A stretch of 47,218 nt of DNA. Origin: Octopus bimaculoides. Lineage: Eukaryota. The stretch is taken from assembly GCF_001194135.2 (NCBI RefSeq), contig NC_068989.1, positions 62,480,153-62,527,370 of the forward strand, in the 5' to 3' direction. Positions 13,261-26,099 of the stretch are shown here, piece after piece. Position 1 is the first letter of the stretch, and every line of letters starts with the position of its first letter. The position numbers and the translations under genes are program-made. The notes beneath the pieces were generated by a model that saw only the letters and a list, made by a program, of their open reading frames with translations, was not told where the DNA came from and did no database searches.

Positions 13261-13754
13261 GTTTGCAATGTGGTTTATATATGCATGTATACGTTTATGC
13301 CATACCTATTTAATTGTTTGTTTTTGTGTGTCTAGCTACATAGTGATTGTAATTTAATTTAGAAAAATGGTTGAGATGAGTTAGGATTGGCTGCTATCCA
13401 GTAAAATGAAATCTCCTGAATGTCATTGTGTATTCTATTTCAGTGAATCACATAATACACATATAGAATGGAATTCTTTCGCTTCGTTGTTAATCTATTC
13501 AATTAAATTATATGATCTGCCATTTTTCTCTCTTTATATTGTTATTCTTTTCCCTGCTATTATAGTTTGAAATGATGAGTATTTTTTTCACGATATTATC
13601 GTATTTTCTTACGTAGATGGTGGTTTAATATTTTCTATCCCTGAGTCATTTAAATGCAGACTATTGTTAAAAGGCACTTGTTTCCTTTATTTCATTGTTT
13701 TCTCACACCTTTTACTACTTCCGTTTCAATTAAATTACTATTTCTCCTTTTTCG

Positions 13755-13764
13755 TATTATTATT

Positions 13765-13823
<59 letters not shown>

Positions 13824-13866
13824 CATTATTATCATTATTGCTGTTGATGTTGTTGTTGTTGTTGTT
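13755..13866. repeat. (ATT)n followed by (GTT)n microsatellite
   Basis: Directly visible; it lies at the 3' end of the minus-strand LINE. Confidence 0.95.
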
Positions 13867-13869
13867 GCC

Positions 13870-15326
13870 TTGGCACAGCTTCGAACGCTACAAAGGTACT
13901 GCAGTGCCACCTGTTCACTACCAGTGTACTAAGGTAACACCTCTTATTTTTCGAGCACTTACCGGAGTATACGAGCAGTTCAAAGCAGTGCTCCACCCTT
14001 ATTGCAGCCCCTATTTGTTCCACGTACCTCTCGAGATTTTTGCTCACTGTTCTTAGGGCTCTGACAATTATTAGTACGACTGCTACCTTTTTCATCGACC
14101 ACAAGTGCTTAACTTCCCAAGCTTACCTGTCATATCTCACGACTTTTCTTTCTTCCTTATCACATACCTTGTTGCCACCTATGTCTATGATCCAGATTAA
14201 TTTGTTTTCTTTTTCAATTAAGACAACGACCGGCTTCCTATTCTCAATCTCATGGTCGCAGTGAATCATAAAATCCTATAGGATCTTTGCATTTCTATTT
14301 TCGACAACGCCTTCAGGTTTTTGGTCGTACCAATATTTTTCTCTGTTAAGACCATACTTGTTGCAAAGTGTCCAATGGACGAGCCTGGATATATTGTCGT
14401 GGCGTCTCTTATATTCCTTCTGGGCTAGTGGCGTACATTTGCTCCATAAGATTTCACCGTTTTGTCCACAGATTGTGCACTTATCACTTTCTGCTGTGTT
14501 GTCTATTCTGTATTTTATGTAATTTGTTCTTAGTGCTTACTCTTGGGCAGCACAGACTAGAGACTTCGTTTCCGGTTTTAAATCACTTTTAGACATCCAC
14601 AGCCATCTTCTTTTTGTGTCTGTCTTATCTTCAACATCCCTATGAAATTGACCACGCATTCTTTTCTGTACCCACCTATTTTCAGTTTCATTTGTTTTCA
14701 ACTTCTTGTATAGTGCTTTATGTTTGCAATCTTTCATCCTACACAAGCCTGGCTAATGATAACGGTTCTGTGACACTTTTTATATACCATGCTATATTGT
14801 TTTCTTCTGCTTTAATGCTGTATTCGCATCCAGTCAGTTCTTTCCCCTCTTTTTCTTGGTACATACAGTGCATCTCTGTCAGTTTTTGGGTGGATTGACC
14901 CATATCTAGTTAGCAACTTCTTTGTCTTCCTGTCTAAGCTGTTTATTTCGTCTACTGTTCGTGCGATTACATCTGCTCCATATCTAAGGAGTGAGTCCGC
15001 CCAGGTGTTGATAGTTTCGATCTTATTCCGTCCGTTTAATTTCGACTTAAGGATCAGTCCCAGTCTGTGTAAGTACTTCACCTTAAATTTTTCTTTTATT
15101 TCTTTCACCATTAGTTTATCCATTTCCCAAATCCTCAAGTACTTATAGGCCGTCGCTACTATTTGCTTTATAAACTTCCCCGACGGTATCATTAGTCCGT
15201 CCATACATTTGATTTTGCCTCTCCTTAATAGTATCACACCACACTTTCTCAGTCCGAACTCCATTCCGATATCAGCACTGAAGGTATACACCATATCAAC
15301 GAGGGAACTGAAAGTTTGAGTTCATC

Positions 15327-15330
<4 letters not shown>
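13870..15330 (-). mobile_element. 5'-truncated R4/Dong-like RLE non-LTR retrotransposon (RT C-terminal half, CCHC-type knuckle, endonuclease), degenerate
   Basis: Successive minus-strand segments: MDELKL (decayed YxDD region), SADIGMEFGLRKC, YKYL, LKSKLNGRNKI, IHPKTDRDALYVPRK, RGQFHR...WLWMSKSDLKPETKSLVCAAQE, KCTICG...YKRRHDNI, RKPVVVLIEKE...IID. Frameshifts and stops are present. Both ends abut (AAT)n-type tracts. Confidence 0.93.

Positions 15331-15411
<81 letters not shown>
15328..15411. repeat. (ATT)n microsatellite
   Basis: Directly visible. Confidence 0.97.
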
Positions 15412-15660
15412 GTGGAATCACGTGGCCTGGTGGTTAGGGTGTCAGCACCATGATCGTAAGATTGTGGTTTCGATTCCTGGACCAGGCGACGCGTTGTGTT
15501 CTTGAGCAAAACACTTCATTTTACGTTGCCCCAGTCCACTCAGCTGGCAAAAATGAGTAACGCTGCAATGGACTGGCGTCCTGTCCAGCTGGGGAACACA
15601 TACGCCACTGAAACTGGGAAACCGGGTCCATGAACCTGGCTAGGCTTTAAAGGGGCGCAT
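15412..15660 (+). mobile_element. tRNA-derived CORE-like SINE
   Basis: A-box-like TGGCCTGGTGGTTAGG and B-box-like GGTTTCGATTCC. The segment tgtgttcttgagcaaaacact...ccactcagctg is shared with 18112-18355 and 31441-31765. It ends in an AT-rich tail. Confidence 0.85.
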
Positions 15661-15661
15661 T

Positions 15662-16020
15662 TATTATTATTTTTATTGTGTTTGTTTTTCTTTATTCAAT
15701 TTTTTTTCAATTCCTCGCCGAGTGTTTTCCGTGCACCTAAGGCAGAGAAGCTCATTGTATGCATTCCCAGTTTACACACGCAAATTTACAGGTAAAATAT
15801 GTATGTAAAAAAATTAATAAATAAATAAATTCATGAATGGATGTTGTTTTCACAGCGATAATGCTCTTCTCAGTACATGAGTCGTTCCAGTTAACACGAT
15901 TTTTTTAACTTCCGTTGGGATGGCAGGCCTGGTATCATTTTCAAATAGGTTTCAGTACCCCTATCTTTATCATTCCTAGAGATCCTACAATCACTGGTAC
16001 GGTAGTCGCCTTGCGATAGT
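15662..16020 (-). mobile_element. 3' end (ORF C-terminus and 3' UTR) of another RLE-type LINE
   Basis: Minus strand reads KATTVPVIVGSLGMIKIG and IPGLPSQRKLKKIVLTGTTHVLRRA, the typical RLE-LINE terminus. A putative UTR and an A/(AAT)-rich tail follow near 15662-15690. Confidence 0.75.
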
Positions 16021-17194
16021 AGTTTTGGTACCCCTCCTGGTGCGGGAGAAATACCATGCAAGTGTTGTTGATAGCAAGAGGGCCATCAGGGTTGCTGGCA
16101 CCGGTACTAGTATTGCTGTTGGTGCAAGTCGTCATACTGTCATTTTCGTAGCGTTGTGTTTATGCTGCAGCGATGTTGTTCGCGTCATAATGTATTGTTC
16201 AGCTGGTGAATAATGTGAAATTTCAATCGTTGTTAGTTTCTTTGCTACTCTTACGCTCATTGTTGTCGTCTTAAAAACTTTGAAACCTAATACAATGTTT
16301 CTTTACCTAAAAAACATTACACTGTACTTTGAGGTAATTTCATTGAAATTATATTCAGGTGGGTTGGCTGGTACAAGCTCCACAATTGGATCAATATCCC
16401 TTTTATGTTTTGCTATTGCTGTGTCGTTGTTGTTGTGTTATATAGCTTTAAGCTATAACTACAAATTTTCTTTTCGTGAGTGAGATGAAAATTACGATGG
16501 TTGCACTGCTGCAGGTGATGTGGCTGGAAAGTGATAATTGCGGCGGGCAAGGTTGAAGTAGATTGTGGTGTTTATGGAATTGTACAACAACATTCTTCTT
16601 TGCATAGTTCTTTAAAGTTAGTAGTTGCTTTGTTAGAAATATATAACTGATTTCCAAAATAGACATATGTTATATATCACCATTATGTAGATTTTTAAAT
16701 GTCTGGCATTTCACCATTTCTCTGTTGGCACTGCTTACCATTCTCACTGGCAGTTGAATAAATACTTGAAGAAAGTTAATAAATTTATTGATGAAAGTTC
16801 AATTGCTTAAATTAACTACAATTCAGCAAACCTGGCACCAATTTTGGCTTACATCGAACGCATCCTCAGTCTCACTCCAGGTTTAGAAATGAGAAGAATA
16901 AACAAACAAAACAAAATAAACACATACAATTACATGCACAAGCACAACCATAAACAGACATAGACATATGTAATAAGCATGTAACACAAAATAAGTGTTC
17001 TGCTATGCGTAAAACAAAGAATATTGAAAGAATGAAGGTCATAATACATGTATAGAATACAAAATGTATCACGATTTAACTACAGGAGACTACGAAGTTT
17101 TCAGACTTTGTGATTTATTCAAATTAGCAAATCTGCAAAGACACAGCCAGGTACGCCCAGATATACGCAGTACATATATATTTCCTTGTATCCT

Positions 17195-17385
17195 TTTACT
17201 TCTTTATTTGTTTCAATCATTTAACTGCGGCCATGCTGGAGCACCGCCTTTAGTCGATCAAATCGACCCCAGGACTTGTTCTTTGTAAATCTAGTAATTT
17301 ATATGTGTCTTTTACGAGGACATAAACACACGAAATTCGGTTGTTAAACAATGGTGGTAGAGATACAGACACACAAATACATAAT
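17195..17385 (-). mobile_element. 3' half of a tRNA-derived SINE (degenerate)
   Basis: actgcggccatgctggagcaccgcctttagtcga...aaatcgaccccaggactt is shared with 41911-42115 and 44525-44730. Confidence 0.8.
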
Positions 17386-18111
17386 ACATACATAAATACA
17401 TATATATATATATACATGCATAAATATATATATATATANNNNNNNNNNNNNNNNNNNNNNNNNNNNNNNNNNNNNNNNNNNNNNNNNNNNNNNNNNNNNN
17501 NNNNNNNNNNNNNNNNNNNNNNNNNNNNNNNNNNNNNNNNNNNNNNNNNNNNNNNNNNNNNNNNNNNNNNNNNNNNNNNNNNNNNNNNNNNNNNNNNNNN
17601 NNNNNNNNNNNNNNNNNNNNNNNNNNNNNNNNNNNNNNNNNNNNNNNNNNNNNNNNNNNNNNNNNNNNNNNNNNNNNNNNNNNNNNNNNNNNNNNNNNNN
17701 NNNNNNNNNNNNNNNNNNNNNNNNNNNNNNNNNNNNNNNNNNNNNNNNNNNNNNNNNNNNNNNNNNNNNNNNNNNNNNNNNNNNNNNNNNNNNNNNNNNN
17801 NNNNNNNNNNNNNNNNNNNNNNTATATATATATATATATATATATATTCAGAATCAGAGCCATGTTAACAACGTTAAATTTCAGCCTCAATGTAGTCCCA
17901 TGCAACTCGAAATCCCTACAGAAAGACAGCATAGGGAGATAAAATTTTAGGTCGTAACTTCATAGATCCCCGAGACAATTTCCCAGTGATTTCATGCCTA
18001 AAAATAGAGTTCGTCATAACGTTAAATGAGCTATCGTTGAAATGTTCTAGCGTGTAATGTAATCGGTTGTCGAGGCCTTTTAAAGTTAGCGTTGACTGTA
18101 AATATACTTTA

Positions 18112-18355
18112 TAGCTCAGCGGTAAGAGCGCCGGACTCACAATCATGAGGTAGTGAGTTCGATCACCGGACCGGGCTGTATGTTGTGTTCTTGGGCAAGA
18201 CATTTTGTTTCACATTGCTCCGGTTCACTCAGCTGTAGAAATGACCTGCAGCGTCATTGGTGCCAAGCTGTATCGGCCTTTGTCTTTCCCTTGGGTAACA
18301 TCGATGTTGTGGAGAGTGGAAACTGGTATGAATGGACGACTGCCGATCTTCCACG
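18112..18355 (+). mobile_element. tRNA-derived CORE-like SINE, apparently 3'-truncated at the minisatellite
   Basis: Near-perfect A box TAGCTCAGCGG (18112-22), B box GAGTTCGATC, and CORE-like tgtgttcttgggcaagacatt...tcactcagctg. Confidence 0.85.
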
Positions 18356-18371
18356 GATTTCTGTCTGATGA

Positions 18372-19970
18372 TGGGACTTCCTGGAAAGTTCCGAAGATTT
18401 TCTGGGAAGTTCGGACGATGAGCTACTTCCTGGAAAGTTCTGAGGATGGGACACCCTGAAAAGTTCAGAGGAGTTCCTGGGAAGTTCCGCGGATAAAAGA
18501 TCCTAGAAAATTCCGAGGATAAACTACTTCCTAGAAAGTTCCGAGGATGAGCTATCTCCTGGAAAGTTCGCATGATCTCCTGGGAAGTTCCGATGAGAAG
18601 CTAAATCCTGCAAAATTTCCCAAAAATTCCTGGAATGTTCCGATGAGGAGCTACATCCTGGAGAGTTCACATGATTACCTGGAAAGTTCCAAGGACTTCC
18701 TGAAAAGTTCCAGACATATAACTTCTGGAAAGTCCCCTGGATCTCCTAGAAATTTCAGAGGATAAGCTACTTCCAGGAAAGTTCCTGTGGTGGTATTTCC
18801 GGGAAAGTTCCCAGGATTTCCTGGAAAGATCCGAGGAGGGGTTGTTCCGCGTTTCGTACTTCCTGGAATGTTCAAATGATTCCCTAGAACGTTCCAGGCA
18901 TGTGGCTTCCTGGAAAGTCCCCTGGACTTCCTGGAAATTTCCGAAGTTAAGTTACTTCCAGGAAATTTCCTAGCATGGGACATCCTGGAAAGTTCCCAGT
19001 ATTTTCTGGAAAGTTCCCAGTATTTCCTGGAAAGTTCCGAGGTTGGTAGTTCTTGGAAAGTTCCGAAGATTTCCTTGTCACTTTTAAGGATGGAACTTAC
19101 TGTAAAATTACGAGAATGAGCTACGTCCTGGAAAGACCCAGGGGCTGGTACTTCCAGGAAACTTCCTATTATTTCCTGGAAATTTCCGAGGATGGGATTT
19201 CTTGGGATTTCCCAGGATTTCCTGGTAAGATCCGTGCATGACTCTTCCTGGAAAGTTCCCATGATTTCCTGGGAAGTTCCGGGGATTGTACTTCCAGGAA
19301 AGTTCCGAGGATGTGATTTCTTGGGAGTTCCCGATATTTCCTAGAGAGTTCCGAGGATGCACTTCCTTGAAATTTCACAGGATTTCATTGGAAGCTCTGA
19401 GAATGTGACTTCCTGGAAAATTCCGAAGATGAGCTACTTCCTGGAGAGATTCGAGGCTGGTAGTACCTGGAAAGTTCCACGGATTTCTTGGAAAGTTTCG
19501 AGGGATTCTTGGAAAGTTCTGAGAAGGGATTACTGAGAAGGTTACTTCCTGGAAGGTTTCGAGGAGGTTTGGACGAATTACTTCCTGGAATGTTCCGCTG
19601 AGAGTGAGGAATTACTCCCTGGAAAGCTCCAAGGATTGGGAGATCTTACTTCTTCGACATTTCCGTGGATGGGGAGGAATTAGGAATTACTTCCTGGAAA
19701 GTTCCCCGTAAGTGGAGGAGGGGGAGGTATTACTTTCTGGAAATGTCCGGGGAGTGGGAGGAATGACTTCCTGGAATGTTCCAAGGAAGGGGCGGAGAGA
19801 GAAGAATTACATCCTGGAAATTTTCGAACAGGAGGATGAATTACTTCCTGGAATGTTCCGAGCAGCGGGAGGAAATATTTCGTGGAAAATTCCGTGGAGG
19901 AGGAATTACTTCTTGTAAAGTTTAAAGGAAGGGGAAAAAGGGGATGAATTACTTCCTGGAAAGTTCAGCT
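18372..19970. repeat. Complex minisatellite with core (AC)TTCCTGGAAAGTTCC and variable spacers
   Basis: The core recurs dozens of times at roughly 20-40 nt spacing. I count about 20 exact TTCCNGGAA by hand. Spacer type changes near 19540. Confidence 0.93.
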
Positions 19971-22900
19971 CGCTATGAAACATATGTATGCAGAATCTTA
20001 TCTATATAGAAAGAACATTTTTCAGTTTATCGTACTTTGATATGGAAGAAAAGGCACCACCTTCCACCTCAATAAAACATTTCGTTTTATTTACTACGGA
20101 TTGATTGAAACTAACTTTCTTCCTACACAACGATCCCTCGATCTTACATACATACACACACACACACACACACGCATATATATATATATATATATTATAT
20201 ATACTGCTTTATATAGAGATTGCTAACATAAACAATACTCACAGACAGACTAGTGTTGTAGTGCTCAAATTGAGCTAAATTTCTGTTTATAATTCGAATG
20301 GAGACAAAGTAAGCGGACACTAAAGGAACATGACCAATTATCCAGCAGAAGATTCAATATATATGTGTATATTCTTCCGCATTAGTAAAACAATATAAAC
20401 GTTCCAATAATACAAGTATACAATTATACATAGACATACGAAAACGTAAGTATATAAAAAAAAAAAACTTGACATTTAAAAATTTATAAATATATAATAC
20501 ATATAGAGAGACATAAATAGATATGGAAAAAATCCACATGAAATGACCGAGAGTGAATTATAAATTCACACGATATGATATTGTGAAATAAAAATTTACA
20601 AGTTAAAATACAAAGGTATAGTGAAAAGTTTGATATAATAAAACCTGAAAATGACACATTTAAATACCAGGATAATATTTAAAGGATCTAAAAGTTCCAT
20701 CGGCGGGCCGTTTCGGAGATGTGTCTAAGTAATATGATATACATTTCTTATTTTTTATTTTAAAAGAAATAGACACTGTCCTCATCAGAAAGTTTATTTG
20801 ATACGAATATATATATATATTTCAACATCGCTTTGAATTATTAGGACCAATCTTTGGCAAATAAATAACACAGGAGAAATTTTATGTTCCATTGTTAAAT
20901 ATTCTATGTTATATTACGCTTCGGGTGTTTCGCGGATACAAGTTAAGTAAATGTCGTAATCGATAGATTCTTTGTTCTTTTCAGAAACTTTTCTGATCAC
21001 AAATATCTCAAGTAAATTGCCAGGTAATAATATTTATTTGCGACATTGGTTTAAAAAAAATAAAAAGCTTTCACATAAGCCACTCAAACTATTGAAAAAA
21101 TTAGTAAATACCTTTGAAGATGTCAGAGTTAGTGGCCTCCGGTAAAAATGTCAGATGGTTATTTCGCCGTATATTTATATCCCGATTTGAAACAAAACTA
21201 CTGTGAAGGTATCAACACAAGTATTTCCATGACCCTTATTAGGTTTGGCCTCTCAAAAGTGAGTTCAAATCAACAAAATTACTATTCGCATTTCATCCCA
21301 TCGAGATCGTTAAATAATGAATCAGATACATTCTTCACACCACAACTCTTTCTCTCTACGGAATTACGAAAAGGGTGATTAGTGATAAGTATCTATGTGT
21401 TGGCCCCATTAATCTATTATTCTCTACACTATAAGCTACATAAGAAAGTATTATCTAACTGAATTAAATAAAATAAAAACGATTGAAACGTTGCAAGTGG
21501 CTTAACGCCAGTGAAAGCACTCTCCACCTATATTCATAGGTTTCTGTATGTAATTTTAATTTGAATTTTTTATCATGAATATATTTTTAAAAGAATGAAT
21601 GGTGATTAAGCACTTTATGAGTACAAACCTATGTGTTCTATGAGGAAGTTGTTTGTTTAGGTAGATCTATACATGCCACATCTATGCTTCTATGTATGTG
21701 CGTGTGTTTATATATGTATATATATACATACATACCTGCATACATACAAACATACAAAAATAAAAATATCATGTTGTTAATGTTGAAATTCCAATGAAGG
21801 ACCCTTGGATTTAAGTTAGAAAATGGTTCTTTCTCTATTTGCAATCTATGTATGGGGGCGATTCGTTTAATTAACATTCTTTAAATCGNNNNNNNNNNNN
21901 NNNNNNNNNNNNNNNNNNNNNNNNNNNNNNNNNNNNNNNNNNNNNNNNNNNNNNNNNNNNNNNNNNNNNNNNNNNNNNNNNNNNNNNNNNNNNNNNNNNN
22001 NNNNNNNNNNNNNNNNNNNNNNNNNNNNNNNNNNNNNNNNNNNNNNNNNNNNNNNNNNNNNNNNNNNNNNNNNNNNNNNNNNNNNNNNNNNNNNNNNNNN
22101 NNNNNNNNNNNNNNNNNNNNNNNNNNNNNNNNNNNNNNNNNNNNNNNNNNNNNNNNNNNNNNNNNNNNNNNNNNNNNNNNNNNNNNNNNNNNNNNNNNNN
22201 NNNNNNNNNNNNNNNNNNNNNNNNNNNNNNNNNNATATATATGTATATATATACATATGTATATATATACATACATACCTGCATACATACAAACATACAA
22301 AAATAAAAATATCATGTTGTTAATGTTGAAATTCCAATGAAGGACCCTTGGATTTAAGTTAGAAAATGGTTCTTTCTCTATTTGCAATCTATGTATGGGG
22401 GCGATTCGTTTAATTAACATTCTTTAAATCGTTACCCCAGTAAGGCCGCAGTCTAACGACTCAAACTATTGTTAGATACCAGCTATGTGTATATAGATAT
22501 ATATCACTCCTAGTGACTAGACATGTTATCCATAATTCTAGCTGAAGACAAAAAAATTCGACCCAGCCTGCTTTTCTTAAGAAATATTAAGAGAGACAAA
22601 AAAAAAAAACAAGAGGGAGAATGGAAAAAAAAAAAGAAACACTTAAAACTCAATAGTTTTCGATTTTGGAACAGAAATATTTTTTTGTGACGTATGACGA
22701 AACAAATTTAAACCGGCATTTACTAATGTCTAAAAAATTCTAGAGCATTGTAAGTCCACAATGTTACAATATTTATTAATAAGAATACACACACACACAC
22801 ACACACACCAACACACATACATACACGCACATGCACAAACACACCACACACAAACACACATAGATACGCGCGCACGTGCACACACGTTTGCGTACGTTTA

Positions 22901-23234
22901 CGCATTATTTCTTTATCCCTTCTAACTACCCTGCATTACATTTTAATTATAATTTATATGATCGAATGTGATACCGCAAGTTTAGCTTCTTCGTTCTTTC
23001 TTTCTAATATATACATACACACATACATACATACATACACATGTGTATATATTATATAACCATATATGTATATATACACATAGACATGTAAATACACGTA
23101 TATGTATATATACGTACGTATACGTAAATACATGTATATGTATATATAAATACACTCACACACAGACAGAGACGCACACAGAGGCACACACACATATCCA
23201 TATATATATATATATATATATATANNNNNNNNNN

Positions 23235-23284
<50 letters not shown>

Positions 23285-24229
23285 TCGTCAGAGACCCATG
23301 GGGACGTTGCGAATCTCTCATGATTTACTATTAAAGACATTGCACATGCAAACACATACATATGCATACACTCACTCAGACACAAACAGGTAGGTTCGCC
23401 TCAACGTACCTGTATCATTATTACTAAATTTACTTTGATATTCAATTCGTGTGTGATAAGGAATCTATTAGCTAGTAAACTCTCTCACTAGCACATGTGC
23501 ACGATTATACATTAAATTATTTAACTCATTAATTACTAACATCGTGTATAATACTCCTCTATCAACTGAACATGACAAATAACACTTTGAATAGACACTG
23601 GGTACAAATGGAATGAGCGCCGTAACGAATATTTGGTATGCTTATCACAACGACGAGCAATCGGCCAATATTGAGAATAACATCACTGAAAAATTAGTAT
23701 CTCAATATTTTTATTGAAGGGAATAAGTATTTGAAAATATATGTTAATACAACATAATTCTATATTGTGCTTAAACACATGGACTATCTAGAAACTGTAC
23801 TGATCAGTGTGTGCTAAGCGTTATGTGACTCATAGCAACAGGTCAGCAACCACCTCCATAATCCGTTGGCCAGCACCGGGAAGAGACCCCTCTTGTCTTT
23901 AGTGTCTGACCCTATTGTATTCCAACGAAATTTAGCGAGTATAAATACTCTACTACAGGTCAGCAAGTGCATCAACAGAGCAATAGGCTACTACTATAAC
24001 AACATCATCAACAATGATCTGATTTCCAGTTCACCTGCCCAAATAGAAAAATGGTCACTTAAATTCCCAAGGCATCTGTAAATCTGAACTAGCTATAACA
24101 AACATGAATGTCCTTTCTCCCATCTTCTATTATACCGTAATCTTATATCATCTCCACATGGTATAAAGGGAAACGAGTCTATCCACCATCAGTCCAAGTA
24201 CTGTACCAGGTAAAGATTCTATATACGTG

Positions 24230-25350
24230 ATTCTAAGCATGGATATGTAATAGGCAACAGGTGTGCCTTCTTCCATCCTAAACTCTACCAGGTTTCTCCG
24301 TCTCTAAGAAAATCCCGAAATTTGGACTGCCAGCAACTCCCTCTGAAAGGTAGAAAGCGATGAAAAATATCCAGCAGCAATACGGAATTACAACAATAAA
24401 AAGGATCAGTTATACCCTCACCTCCTAGCACCGGCCTTCAAAGAACCACGTCCATCAGAAGAAAAATATGAGAAAATTTTAATATCCAAAATAAATAGAT
24501 AAAAAAATAAACAAGTAGAACGTAACACCTGCTCAAAAATTTTATCAAAAATGTAACTCATTTTTACTAACATAACAAGAGAATAGAAAACCTGATCTAA
24601 GCCTGCAGATTCAACAGCTAGTCGGCAACCATCTAGCAAAATGTCTTGGTACACACACTATCAACCAGAAGATCCCATATCACGATCAACTCTATACACC
24701 AACTTCACGCAGTGGTGTGACTAAACATCGAAATATATAAAACATGGCCTTGAGAACAGCGCAAACATCAACCAAACTGCGTTTGAATAATGTTATAAAG
24801 TGTAGGAGATATCAACGCATCATGCATCGCTAAAAAATGGCGGATTCCATGCGTATTGAATTCGATTCCTTAAATGAGTCGCTATGTTTCTTTCTCCATC
24901 CTACCGGAAGCTCAACTGGAATACTCTTACATGGATGTCAGTCAGAAAATCCAAATTTCATCAACATTCATGCAAATCGCAGTGGCCGAAATAAAGAAAG
25001 CCATCAGTTTTCGGCAAGATACCTTTGCCTTGGATACCAAGGATATATTTAACGCCCTAATGTGAACTGAGCTACAAATACCCTTAAAAGCAACCAGTCA
25101 AAGCAATAACAGAACTGCTTTTTAGTGTGATGGATGTATTTTGCTTATTCCAACTTGTGCTTGAGGCAGCAAAGCAAAACATGAAAATGTTGGACCTTAT
25201 ATTAACAGACCACGCAGGCTCCATTTGTAACATCTTATTTGAAAAATCTCTTTGTGGGTTTTAGACGGTACTGTGCAAACTTAGTGTTCGGCGTGCCTTA
25301 GCCAGATCATCACTCCTGCCTCAGTACAAACGTTCGATAGCACCGATCAT
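24230..25350 (+). mobile_element. Highly decayed APE-type LINE fragment (ORF1 Cys/His motif and endonuclease motifs)
   Basis: SKHGYVIGNRCAFFHPKL (about 24232-24285), VGDINA (24802-24819), MLDLILTD (25187-25210) and DHH (about 25305). These are in the order expected for ORF1 then APE (GDxN, LDLxxT, SDH). Many stops and frameshifts. Confidence 0.5.
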
Positions 25351-26099
25351 CATGAAGCAGACACGGAGGTAAGTAGAAAAAAATATTATCGACTGCTACT
25401 TCACAGAGATTTCCTCTGATATTGAATCGACATAGCAGCGGTTTGAGACGATTGTCACGTTGAAAACACGTTCCTATGAAACTTACTAAGATAAAGAGAA
25501 GTAGACTCACAAAAGTGAAAAAAGAATATATATCATGAGAAAATTCAAAAGTCTTTTATAAAAGCATTCAATTAAATTAGTACAATTAGCAGCATCATCA
25601 ATGTCCTTTGAGTTGGGAAAAAATTATCATATGCAAAACAACATGAACGTGTATATGACCAACTAAAGGCTGGGAAGGAAAACTGAGTAATTAAACAAAT
25701 TGTACACAACGCATGAGTATTTTGATATATTCATTTGCCACTAAGCATTGGAATGCTGTCGCACACTGATACATGATAACAGCGTTCTCTAACATGATGC
25801 TGACAAAAGGTTAAAATCCATCAGCAACAAACTGTTCTGATTTAAGTGATCCCACTGATAATTATATATCTAGTAACTTCATTCAGTTTTCTATAGGGGT
25901 AGTTTAAGCCGGCGTTCATATCTAAAGTAGTGACTAAGAAGTTAGATACCTTCGTGCCGTATGCGAAAATGACTTGTAGGGTAAAGCTTTTGAAGAATTT
26001 TCTTATTTTTTTAGCATTCTTTCTATGATGGTTTTACTATTACTAGGTACAATGAAAAAAGCATCATCCCTAAAAAGACCACCTTCAACAGTTAATCAT

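Noticed and set aside
15412-18200. tRNA-like sequences at 15412 and 18112
   Set aside because: They lack a full cloverleaf and run into CORE-like SINE bodies, so they are SINE heads, not tRNA genes.
18441-18465. CTGAGGA-T-GGG-aca-CCC-T-GAAA, hammerhead-like
   Set aside because: No stem I or III. It is a chance variant of the satellite unit.
18229-19918. ORFs with ELSRK/RNFPG/TFQE repeats across the minisatellite
   Set aside because: The same repeat is read in several frames on both strands with frequent frame changes; there is no consistent coding frame.
21718-22430. About 170 bp present identically on both sides of the N gap (21718-21888 and 22258-22430)
   Set aside because: An identical duplicate flanking a gap is the usual sign of uncollapsed contig overlap; probably an assembly artefact.
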